Assembly (NCBI RefSeq): GCF_037042905.1
Contig: NC_087246.1
Coordinates: forward strand, 23,684,001-23,748,000
DNA: 64,000 nt
Direction: 5' to 3'
Origin: Lytechinus pictus
Lineage: Eukaryota
Shown here: piece after piece, positions 25,448 through 37,170 of the stretch
Numbering within the stretch: position 1 is the stretch's first letter
Layout: the number at the start of each line of letters is the position of its first letter
Notes under the pieces: model-generated
The model's database searches: none
What the model was told of the DNA's origin: nothing
The model's input: the letters and a program-made list of their open reading frames with translations, nothing else
Program-made: the position numbers and the translations under genes

Positions 25448-26794
25448 CTAGAAATTTGACACTGAATTGTTCTCATATTTTTTCGACGGGCAAATAAGCC
25501 TTCGTAAAGCTTTTCTGAAGTCTTTGTTGAATCCGTACAAGAAAGGATTAAGTGTAGAGTTCATGTAGGCCAACCAGTATGCCATGTCGTAGAGCCATAA
25601 GGGGACACAATTGCAGTAGGAGTTGACAGGAAAAAGAATCACGAAGAAAATCCAGCAGAGGATGAATGACACGACGATGACGCCAAGAGTTCGCGCTGTC
25701 CTCTGATGGAGACGATGCTTCACAAGATTATGGCGATGGGCCCTCTTCGCTGTAAGGCGTTTACTGTAACTTTCATTGGCGCCGCTGAGTGATTTTCCTG
25801 TCACACGTGTCTCCTGTTGTAAAGGAGAGGGTAATGACTGCGTTGGTGTTACGTGAAGACTATCGCTTGATAAGCGACTTACTGAATGAAGTTCATCTAA
25901 TCCAAGAGTATCGGTGCTTGTTCTACTAGAATAAGTTGTCTTCAAATCAGTATCTATGACGTTCTTGAGAGTAAATGAAGATGTTGAATCAACCAATATA
26001 GATACGGTCGATATCGACAATTGCTTGTTTTCCGCCAAAGTGGAGTCGGGTTTGAAGGTTTCTTTACAGCAACAAAATATTCTAGCATAGGCAGTATCTG
26101 GTAATCCCATCCTCGTGACTTCAGTCAGGTTGCGCAGATGTTTCTTGAGGGCGTACATCATCTTTGCGTAAAGGCATACCATCAATAACATCGGGCACAA
26201 GAATACTATAGTATTTGATAGGAGGACATAGATAAAACCCGGTAGGTACAGGCAAGCTGATTCTATCGCGTAACTACCAGATACGACTCCAATCACAATG
26301 ACAGCAGGTGTCCAGCATAACATCGCTACGACCCAGATGGCACAAACGATCAGAAGCGCCCTCTTTCTGCGTTGCCTCTTAAGATGCTTCAGAGGCTGGG
26401 AGATAGCCCAGTAACGGTCCAGGGATATAATGCTGATGCTAAAGATGGAGGCTGATACGCAAGAGAAATCAAATATGATCCATATTTCACAAACGACCGG
26501 TCCAAGAGGCCATCTTCCTAAGATGGTGTAAAGACTGAACATTGGGATGACGAATATCCCGACCACTAGATCGGCGCATGCAAGGCTGATTATGTAATAG
26601 TTGCTGTACCGACGTAACTTTGCATCTACGCAAACGAGGATAATTAACATCACATTTGCAAGAACCGTGGTCAATGACATCATCGATGCAAGGAAAATGA
26701 ATACACAGTTCTGGAAGGTGAACTCGAAATCTTCGGTGCTTTCCGATATAGTCGAATTCCATGGCGTATTCTTTGTTGTGACATTGCTTGACAT
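25448..26794 (-). CDS. Class A aminergic GPCR (histamine H1/muscarinic-like), paralog 1, intronless CDS, 448 aa
   Basis: 7 TM segments; LACADL (TM2), C3.25, D3.32, DRY, YWLAYMNSTLNPFLY (TM7 NPxxY), N-terminal sequons. A strong minus-strand splice acceptor at 27042 implies a 5'UTR intron. Confidence 0.93.
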   Translation of the reverse strand: MSSNVTTKNTPWNSTISESTEDFEFTFQNCVFIFLASMMSLTTVLANVMLIILVCVDAKLRRYSNYYIISLACADLVVGIFVIPMFSLYTILGRWPLGPVVCEIWIIFDFSCVSASIFSISIISLDRYWAISQPLKHLKRQRRKRALLIVCAIWVVAMLCWTPAVIVIGVVSGSYAIESACLYLPGFIYVLLSNTIVFLCPMLLMVCLYAKMMYALKKHLRNLTEVTRMGLPDTAYARIFCCCKETFKPDSTLAENKQLSISTVSILVDSTSSFTLKNVIDTDLKTTYSSRTSTDTLGLDELHSVSRLSSDSLHVTPTQSLPSPLQQETRVTGKSLSGANESYSKRLTAKRAHRHNLVKHRLHQRTARTLGVIVVSFILCWIFFVILFPVNSYCNCVPLWLYDMAYWLAYMNSTLNPFLYGFNKDFRKALRRLICPSKKYENNSVSNF

Positions 26795-29351
26795 TTTCTA
26801 AGGCCTTCCAGTCACCATCCACCTATTAGTAGAGGCGGTTGTCGAGCTATTGTTACCTGTCAGTGGTTCAAAAGTCAGTTCTGTCAATTCCTAGTCTTTT
26901 ACCTTGCGTACCGTCAGAGGTATATCACTTCCGGTCTCTCCGGAGTCCTTGCGCGGGTATATATTGTTTGAAAAGTGCTGAATTTCTGTAACAATTTTAT
27001 ACTCTAAATCTGATGAAGTTCTCGTTCTTGTTACTTGCGATCTGCAGTTTAGAAAAAGAGAAATGACAAAAAACATCCTAGTTTTAATAGATCATCATAT
27101 CTTAGGTTCCCTTATACTGTTATACCATTGTATACCACTGTAGCACTGCCCCTGCCTTTAAGAGAATATTGGGTAAATGCTTAATAATTAACAGTTTTTA
27201 GAGTGTACCATTCGTGGCAAAATAAACTGACAAGCAGTACGGTACAAGTTTAACCTCCCATCTTGATATGAAATATCCTTCGACATTGTAAAATTGAAAT
27301 ATTTGCGCAGTCAAGTCATGAATATGCTTTCAATCTTCAATCGATAAAGGACTGAATTAAAGTGTTAATCTTCCTCGTGTACGAATAAACTAAATAAAAT
27401 CAAATTTTAACGAGTTTTTTTTCCGATTTGGTAGGTAAACAGAACGCAGTCGTTGGTATGCAGGTGAAAAAGGACTAATTTTGTTACTCCTTTATTCATT
27501 TTGAAAAGGAGAAGGGTTGTGTGTTACAGAGGTCATCACTTTCACCTTGGTTGACTGCAGCAAAATATGGCGGATACATTTTGTTGCTGGACGAAATTTA
27601 AGCCAGGAGTAGGATATAAGATGGAGTCAGAACTACTTAACCGTGACGCCGCCATATAATGCAAGATTGTCCCATATACTATGCTGGATAAAGCGTATAT
27701 GAGTGTAACAAAATTAATGTATAAATGCCATGTCGTTAAAATTAAACACTAAAGATACTCGTATGAGTTGAAAACGAAATTAACAGAAATAAAGAAAAAA
27801 TTATATGTCGATAAGTTGAAAAGATACTCGTATGAGGAGAAAACGAAATTAGCAGAAATAAATAAAAAGTTATATGTTGGAAACGATATTCTATTTACCA
27901 TGCATCAAATTGATATGGACACACAGTACTCTGTATAGCAACGTCCTTCTTCTGAACCACTATCAGATGACCTTATTGAATGATTCATGTTCACTACAGA
28001 TGATATTTATTATTCTTTTAGTAATTCATGATTCGCGTTTCTCTTCAGGGTTATTGCTTTGAGAATAATGCCAATCAACGACCCTGTACAAAATAATGAA
28101 AGCTTTAGAATAATTCAACTGAAAATGGATATCGGATTTTACAAAATCTTTCGTCTTATGCTTGTTAGATTTTTTCTCCATTTACTCAAATCAACTTAGT
28201 GTTCATGGGTTAACTTGGCCCTAACTAATCTGAGGGATATCATGTATTTCATAGAATGGATGATTTGACTTCAATGGTGTATACATTAATTGCCTACATA
28301 TCCTAAGGGTCATTGCCCCAAGTTTTAGAAACCCTAACGAGTGAAATGCCAGAAATTAGCTCAATGTTTTGAATCAGTTGGAACACAAAAGTATTCATTG
28401 GTTTGGTAGTCAATAAGGAATTTACAATTGAAAAAAGGAACCTGCTATAACGTTAGGTCAGATATCCTAGAAAATCTAATCAAGTTGCCCTTCATGCGAG
28501 ATACGGGTTTTCTTGGCGTTATTAAAACCAATGACATTATTTAATTCTTTTTTAGTGTGTCGGTGCTATGAAAAAGTGCGCTCGGGACTTAATATCTACT
28601 GAGGCTTCACTAAAAACACAGTAAAACCACGCATGTGCTGGGGAATGGGGGAACGCTCCCGCACCCCATGTTAGTAATTTTCATGACATGGCATCCACAG
28701 AACATAGCTATTCAGTTATTAGCAGTTTTTGCTTGCAAGCTTGATTTACTTTCATTTTTCTGAGATCCGTTGTCATGGTTGTCTGGAAATGGGACCAGCT
28801 GCTGCTTGGAGGTATATTTTGTGATAAGGCGTCGTCAGATTAACATCCAAGATATTTTCATAATTTTACATTTCCTCTCGAATGTCGTCCTAATTTGAAA
28901 ACAAAATTCATTTTTTGGCTGGTTGTGCTTGATTCCGAACAGGTATGACAGGAAAAGGACAAATATTCGGAGAAAGAGGTTGTGATCGTAATAACATTTA
29001 ATGATTAAATTCTAATTAATGCAAAACACTAGAATGTTTTTTGCTTTCCTTTTCTTTCGACAAATACCACAGATAAAATTAGATGAAAGTGTCGTATGAC
29101 TCTTATTCAATATGATACAGTAACCCAGGGGCAGCGCTACAGGGTGCGACCCCCCCCCCCCCCCGGGTTTTCAAGTAGCATAAAAATGAAAAGAGCAAAT
29201 AGGGAGACCATGGAAGAAAGACGAAAAAGGCGGTATTTCGACTATATGAAGCTTCCAAGACAATATTCTGACAACATCCCTTCATTGACTCTTTTTTTTT
29301 ATAAGCATAATATTTCTGAGCGATGTTTGCTTTGTGTGAGCTGGAGGGGAG

Positions 29352-29857
29352 AGATCCTCAACACTGCAGCGAGAATGGTAACCTTGAGCAAGAAACACGA
29401 ACACATAACCCCTATTCTCCGATCACTTCATTGGCTTCCGGTTCACTCTCGCATAACGTTCAAAATTCTACTCATGTATACAAAATTACCCATAATATGT
29501 CACCCAAATATCTCCAAGACCTTATTTCCCTTCGTTCTTCCTTTTCTGCCAGATCCCTACGTTCATCATATTCCAATAATTTAATTCATGGCCCTCGCAC
29601 TAAGACCCGATATGGTGATCGTGCATTTTCTGTAATTGCTCCCACCCTCTGGAACAAACTCCCAACTCATATCCAAAATGCTCCCTCCGTGGAAATTTTC
29701 AAATCGTCACTAAAAACTCACCTTTTCTCATAACTTGTTTTCTTTTTCTTTTTTTCTTTTTTAATGGATTGACTGTATATTATTATAATCTGCCAACCTG
29801 TGCGCTTTGAAACACCAGTATATAAAGCGCCCTACAAATGTTATTATTATTATTATT
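29352..29857 (+). mobile_element. 3' fragment of a related L2/CR1-group LINE
   Basis: NTAARMVTLSKKHEHITPILRSLHWLP (frameshift) ...YGDRAFSVIAPTLWNKLP...FKSSLKTHLFS, with the same gcgccctacaaatgtta(tta)n tail as 46575-46612. Confidence 0.9.
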
Positions 29858-31474
29858 GTGTTTGATGAAAATTATGACATTGGCTTCAGATTATGCCTAT
29901 ATAACATGTCATACTAAAATAAACTTGGATACGTCTGACAATATAATCAAACGGCACGGTCAATATAGACAGGGGCTTAACCAGGATTTTTCGAAAGGGG
30001 GGTTTTAACCAAAACTTAAGGAGATTTCGTCCATGAAAAAAAATTTACAAGCAAAAAAAAGGTCTTCACTTTCAAAGGGGGGAGACACTTCTGTTTTAAC
30101 GGCATTTTTACATTACAAATATTAATTGTGCCTCTCAAAGGGGGGGCACGGGATGGATGTGCCCCCCCCCTGGATCTGCCAGTGAATATAGGCTGTTGTA
30201 GTCCTCTATCAAATCATCAGTGGATTATGAATTTGCATGGTCAGACTGTCTACCTTCCTTTCCATTTTTATTACAAAAAGGTCAGATAAAATGGAATCAA
30301 ACGCAGGAAGATTTCCAAGTATGATATGGGAATTCATGAGTGAATGGAATATTGGAGAAATCATCGGAGAATAATTACAGTCCACTGTAATCACTGATTT
30401 TCATTTTCGAAATCGCAATGTGAAATTATTATAAATGTGATGTCATAATTCCGCTTTGAAAGGCGCCTTTATGTATATCTTTATACCCGTTCAGTTACTC
30501 CATTTAATCCAATGCACTCAACTTTGCATGTGGTTACGCTTTTGTTCTCTTTTGTCGGTTTAATACTTATTGTTTTTATTTTTAAGTTGTTTGATCAACC
30601 TAAAACCATACCGCCAATCACTGGTGGATCCAGGGGGGGGGGGCACAGCCAGCCCCTGCACCCCCACCCCCTTGAGAGACAATCAAAATGTGTAATGTAA
30701 ATATACCCTTTTTACACAAGTGTGCCCCCCCCCCCCCTTGACATGCAGTGAGGACCTTTTTCTTTTTTTGCTTGTCAATTTTCATCGGATAAACGTATCC
30801 CCAACCCTCTTTGGAAAAACCTGGATCCGCTCCTGACGCCAATCAAATATTTCTCTTTTTTCTGGTTTTCTTTGCAAGGTTAGATGGAGTTTACCCTTTA
30901 CTGTGTACTGATAAATCATATTTTGATTATAATTATTGTTTACTGTTCTGTCAAATTTATATGTGAAACTTAATACCTTGTACAAACATTTGTAATGGTA
31001 ATTAAGCCTTTTGCTGCCAAGAATGGTTTGATGCTCTAATAAAGACCATTGTTATCATCATTATTATTATTATTATCAACTCATCTCAAAACATCAAAAA
31101 TAATTGTGGTTTTTGATTATCTAAAATCAGGGGCAATGACCATGTGTCATGGTAGAGTTCATCAATTTTCTTTAGTCCCATTCGGCTTTCATCAAAGGGG
31201 GGGGGGGAGATTTTCATCGTTTCCCCGTAGCTGCCGCCCAAATCTGATTTTTTTTTGTTCTTCTTTTTCTTCTTCTTTTTAATTAACATTCTTAGAAACA
31301 AGATAAGGTATTTCATATGACCTAAATAAAAATTACCCTGCTAGCGCGAAGGGCGAGCTCATTTATTTAGGATATCTTATATATTAAGACCTGAAAATTG
31401 AACATTTTTATCAGCTTTTGTAATCATGAACTAGATGTGTATCTAATTAAACCGTCAATGTGAGCGCGAAGAAT

Positions 31475-32211
31475 TCGCAGTCCGCAGGTCAAATGTCAAA
31501 AGTCACAGCTCATGAAATATGCGAGTTGGTTTCCGCGCAATAACTCGAAACATATTTAATGGATTTAAAAAAAAATTTGGTGTGTAAGTAGATGACACCA
31601 AAATACAGGCTTAGCTCGAATTAGGAGTCCGTAAGTCAAAAGTCACAGCTCATTAAATATGCGAGTTGGTTTCCGCGCAATAACTAAAAAAATGTTTAAT
31701 GGATTTAAAAAAATTTGGGTGTAGGTAGATGACACCAAAATACAGGCTATAAGTTCGAATTCGGAGTCCGCAGGTCAAAGGTCAAAGGTGGCAGCTCATT
31801 AAATATGCGAGTTGCTTTCCGCGAAATAACTCGAAACATATTTTATGGATTAAAAAAATTAGGGAGTAAGTAGATGACACCAAAATACAGGCTAAATTCG
31901 AATTCAGAGTCCGCAGGTCAAAGCTCATATAGATAAGCGAGTTGGTTTCCGCGCAATTACTCAAAAAATATTTAATGGATTTTAATTTTTTTGGTGTGTA
32001 GGTAGATGACACCAAAATACAGGCTAAGTTCGAATTCGGAGTCCGCAGGTCAAAGCTCATTATATATGCGAGTTGGTTCAAAGGTCTAGATTTGTCCATT
32101 ATAGATATGCATCATGGTTTCTGCACGAAATTAAGTTCAATCATATTGATTGAATTTTGATCGCGTTAAGCGGGGGCATCTGTGTCATTTGGACGCGTCA
32201 AATTTCTAGTT
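31475..32211 (+). mobile_element. Helentron/Helitron-associated (HINE-like) element carrying ~5 x ~120-130-bp tandem repeats
   Basis: The unit gtccgcaggtcaaa...aaatatgcgagttggtttccgcgcaataact...gtagatgacaccaaaatacaggct is repeated; ends gcgggggcatctgtgtc...tttctagtt (CTAG terminus). The repeat is certain; the class is inferred. Confidence 0.6.
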
Positions 32212-33957
32212 GTATGAATAATGTAACGAAGCATTTCATGCAAGCGCGAGCAGAAACTTTTAATTTACTGTTGATGGATTTCCCTCAAAATCTTCACCAA
32301 TATTTTGTAATATTTTTCTGCTATTTTTACAATGAAACTTTTGTCAGGGTGAACTTCCCCTAAGGTACGTCTAGGCAGGTGCAGAAAAGGTAATCTAGAC
32401 AGTAACAATCTCATGGTGGTCAATTACTGGGATACAGGAATAATTGATTATCATGGTAATTAGTGCTTATTTCAGCGCCACTGCATATTTTCAGAGGATT
32501 GATTTCATTAGGGAGGTAGCGGTTAACTGCCTCAAGTTTGATTTTATACGTACATGTATGAAAGAAACACAAAAATAGCTCTAAAGTGTTAGTGTCAAGC
32601 TCTCAAATCGTACTTCCATAACTCCTTCCTATTCTTGAATTGGACATTTAGAAATGACATTGTTTTATTTGACTATTTTCAATCTATTTCTACCTGCAAA
32701 GGTTAAACAGCGTAAGAGTGAGGCCTGTGCCTGTTTCTTTTCATACGAAGCAAAGCATGCCCTATGTACAACCTATTAATGCCTTAATTTGATGATGATT
32801 TCATAACTCACTCTGTAACTTCTAAAATGAGTGGTCTATGCATGGTAAACGATTGTTTTAAAAAAAAACCTTGCTTTGAGAAGAGCAACCTAAGGTGGTC
32901 CGAGGTACTCATCTGTGCGAATTGATTTTACACTTAGACTGATATCTAAGAGATTCACAATCAATATACTGGTGTTTTTTAGTTGACATACTTGTAATCA
33001 AATGGCAATGCCTATTCTGCTTAGGACACAAATCAGAAGGCCTGTAGAATCTTGGCCAGCATGGCAGCAGGACTGCAGGAGGGAGTGAGGCGAATACCAC
33101 CACTATCACCAAGACCACTCACCAAGACCTCTCATCCTGCCAAGACCGCAACTGACAAGCTACACGTTAACAAAAATAGGTTCAACTTTTCACATGCACC
33201 TATTATTACAACGTTTGGTTCCCCCTACATATAACGATTTACAAAACGCTCATTGGAACCATTAGTAAAAATGACTAGCTTTGCCAAATAACCTGATTTC
33301 CAAAATTAAATTAAAAAAATCACGCTTAGACCACTTTCTTACAATTACTTTTCCCAAACAGTCATGACAAGCGTAACACGTTCATAATATTTGAATTATG
33401 CAATTATTTTGTTAATTCACAGACCCCTCAACAGGTCTGATTCCTATGTAGATTATTCCCAGACCAATCTCTATACGACATTATTAAGGAGCAATTTCAC
33501 AAGTAAAAATAGAGTTTTATTGTCATTACACACAAGCATGAAAAGGTACTTTTTCATTGCCGAGCAGGTTCACCTTTGCGAGCATTTTGATAAGGATGAA
33601 GTATGACAGAACTATACGCGAGGTTCAAACTTGCACCCCAACCACCCGCTGCGGGCCTGCGCAGGCGCGGTGGCGAGTGAGAGGTGCATTTATGCTTGAA
33701 TACTCGCTCTGCACCTTTTCCTGCAAAGTTGCACCTTTCTTGCACCCTTATTCCTTACTGTGTAATTCAGCTGGAGAAGGAGAGGACTCAATAGAGATCA
33801 AGTTTCGCTCTTCAGAGAGCAAAACTTGTTTCTTAGTAGGATCACACATTCCTTGGAAATTTTTTTTTTTTTAAAATACAGCTCACCCATTTGGAGCATT
33901 AGAACTGTAGGTATCTGCAATTCTACTCTATACATGTATTCTACATTCAAACATAAG

Positions 33958-34350
33958 AGTGTTGCTTTCATATAGTCACAAATAATGATGGCAGATTTAA
34001 TAAAATGACCTATTTTTGGTATATCAAAAGCCTGTATACCTATTCATACAATTTAATTTCTTAGTAGTATTGCGAATTCTAAGAGATAAAAAAAAACGCA
34101 ATACATCCATGGGAGTTTTGCTTCCATATAGTCACAAATAATGATGGAAGATTTCATTAAATTGCCTACTTTGGTATATCAAGTCTGTACCTACTCATAC
34201 AATTCTGTTTCTTTGTAGTATTGCAAATTCTAAGAGATAAAAAAAAACGCAATACATCCATGGGAGTTTTGCTTCCATATAGTCACAAATAATGATGGAA
34301 GATTTCATAAAATAGCCTACTTTTGGTTTATCAAAAGCCCGTACCTACTC
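33958..34350. repeat. ~146-bp tandem repeat, ~2.7 copies
   Basis: catatagtcacaaataatgatgg..gattt recurs at ~33969, ~34116 and ~34266. Confidence 0.8.
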
Positions 34351-34933
34351 TATACATCTCCAACTTTACTTAACTGACTAAAACCGTATAAAAAAATTAT
34401 TCACTTGCAACAAGATTTCAAGCAGGAACGAGATATCGATCTCGATTATGTTTGCGATTTTGATTCTGGGTCATGTAAAAAGAAATAATTATCCAGTGCA
34501 TATATATATATAGTAACAGCATGCCCATGTTTGAATATGAATTTCATGAAATGTCCACCTTGATACCACCAAGCTCAAACTTCAAGGAATAGATAATTGT
34601 GTCTGATAACTTAAAATCAGCCATTAAGTCAAAATATGGATCTTTACTCTGAATTTTCCGGAATACTGTACAAGAAGGAAACCATACTCTGATGATCATT
34701 GAACACTTTAATATTCCCCTTTGTCTTTACTCTGATTTCTTGTACCTAGAATTTTCCTATAACCAAGAAAAAAACAAATTTAATGCACATTGCACAAAGT
34801 GACTTATAAATAATTTTGCACATAAAATATCAAAGGCCATTGAGAGGGGCGTATAGGCCATTCAATGGTACATGAATATGGCCGTTTATTCGTTTTAAGC
34901 TCGGTTTTTTTTCCAAGAATATATATATATATT

Positions 34934-34970
<37 letters not shown>

Positions 34971-35304
34971 ATATATATATAATGTGATGAGGTCAACTCA
35001 AAAGATGACGCAGGAAACCATTCTTAGCTTTATCTTGAATTCGTCTTTATTAAGACTTCGTCAGGAGCGGTCTGAAAAAATACAAGGGGATACAACATCC
35101 AAGCTTGGCTTATAATCACAAATTAATGCACATCAATGAATTATCATCAAGTCGAATATATTCCATAATTTCATTAGATAAATGAATGCATAAATAAATG
35201 AATTAATTTAATCAGGCTCGGACAAAGAAAGTAGAGGGGCACCTTTTGTCTGCCAAACAATAGGTGCCCCTCCACTTTCATTGTATGAGCCTGACGTACC
35301 GCCG

Positions 35305-36526
35305 CACAGTGGGCCGGGGCGAAACAAAAGTGCGCCAAAAGTAATTTTGGGCAATTTCAGATTTTTAATTTTTGTCATGCCCAGCTGAAAGACAACACTT
35401 TGAAGAATACTTCAGCAAAATATTTCATTCGGGAATTTGCATGAAGGTTGTTAATTTCCTACCTCAAATCGTAAAATGTGACATTTTGCGAAATGCCGCG
35501 TGTATGACAACTTAGTTGAAAAACAAGCAATTTCACGGGAGGTTTTTCATGTAGGAATCTGAAATGGCACCCACATAATCCTGATATATTCTTTTTTTCG
35601 TGTGAAATGGTTCAAATTAGATAAAAGACACATTTCAGGAGGTTTATAGAACATTTATTCCTCGAAATAGGCTGATAATCCATGTTTTTAGCATTTACAT
35701 GAGAAACGTTTAGATTTCCGTGGATTTCCGTTTAAATTCTATCATCATCATTTTGCCAGATGTCTAAGCTTTAAGTCGATACCAAATTTAGCTGCCCGTT
35801 TTTGCCCGTTTTCATGTTAGAGCCGATTTTACTTGGCACAACACCCCCAAAACCTGTTAAAAAACGGTCATTTTTATACCGCGCAGTCATCGCAGCGCAC
35901 CGTGTGGGGTGTACATTGCCGTTCATTTTTGCACGGCGAGGACGATTCCCCCTTCCATTCCATGAAAAAGACATGAATTCCGGGCATAATGCAAACAAAA
36001 TAAAGGTTGATAACGCATGTAAGGGCTACCCGCCCCTCTCCCAGAGATAAAATTTACTTGTAGAATAATTTCAGCCAAAAGCCCTCCTCACAGTAAAACA
36101 TTCGTGGTCCTATATAATCTGCGTTTTACCCAAGTCTACACCGCTTGATAAAGCACGGTTAATATTTTTCAGATTTTTAAGTATTTTTTTAATCTAATGA
36201 TCACTTTGATGCCATATAATTATTTTCAGGATCTCATACACACTTGTTAGGCCTGTGAGAAGCATAAACCAACATTCACTCTGGTCAATCTTAAAGTAGC
36301 ACATAACACACAATTTATATACCACACATTGTTTAGCGTAATTTGTCTTTTCACAAATAGGTTTTAAGCAGCCAATCAAAATTTGGTATCAAGGTGACGT
36401 CATATCGGCTTTAGATTATGTTCAGTCGATTCTACGCCCAAAATTACCCAAAAGCAACATGTTAAAGTAAAAATCTAACACGGAATATAATTTTGGCGCA
36501 CTTTCAACTCATTCTGGCCCACTGTG
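35305..36526. mobile_element. Non-autonomous Transib-type DNA transposon (RSS-like TIRs, 5-bp TSD)
   Basis: Ends CACAGTGGGCC...GGCCCACTGTG, ~36-bp imperfect TIRs, flanked on both sides by CGCCG (35300-35304 and 36527-36531). No transposase ORF inside. Confidence 0.88.
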
Positions 36527-37170
36527 CGCCGCCTCTGACATGGGGTATGGTTTTCTTCAAGTTCAATCCTCTCCTTTAATATTATAATGATACCAGTGAT
36601 AATCGAAAGGTCAAGTCCACTAAAAAAAGTGGAGTTGCACCAGAAGTAAATGGTATGAAATTCAACAGAATATAGGAAGTTACTACATTTCCAATTTATG
36701 TGTATATCTTCAAAATACAGCAATTCATTTTCAGTGAGCACAAGACAAAGCCACTGATGTCACATACATAATCTTTCTGTTCATCTACCAGTAAACAAGA
36801 CTGAAATTAGCATGAATTATGTATATGTTCCATTTTGTTGGGTTGGGGCCATGAAAAACAACGTGCAACGTGTTTATGTAAAAAGAAATCTACATCTCAA
36901 TCAGTGTGGAGAATTTGAATCAGGCAAAATAGATATATATATTTCAAATTTTATCTTCGGGGGCTACTTTTCACAACTCAATGCCTAAATCTGCAATATT
37001 GCATAAGCTTTAACACTGCAATGAATTCAGATTTTCCAGGGCTCCTGTTTCCTCGTACATTCACAAAGATGAACCATAAAATAAAAACATGAAATGTTGT
37101 CAATGCTGTCCAAATTTGAAAAAGATTGATGTATATTTTTCAAAATACTTCGTAGGACTTTGCCAAATAT

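Noticed and set aside
35030-35075. Minus-strand CTGACGA-a-GTCTT..AAGAC-GAAT resembling a hammerhead ribozyme core in a Penelope-like fragment
   Set aside because: The GAAA box is mutated and stems I and III cannot be formed convincingly; at most a decayed relic.
35771-36050. Overlapping short ORFs inside the Transib element as a transposase or RAG2 remnant
   Set aside because: No recognisable RAG1/Transib or kelch/PHD motifs by eye; a tblastx search would be needed.
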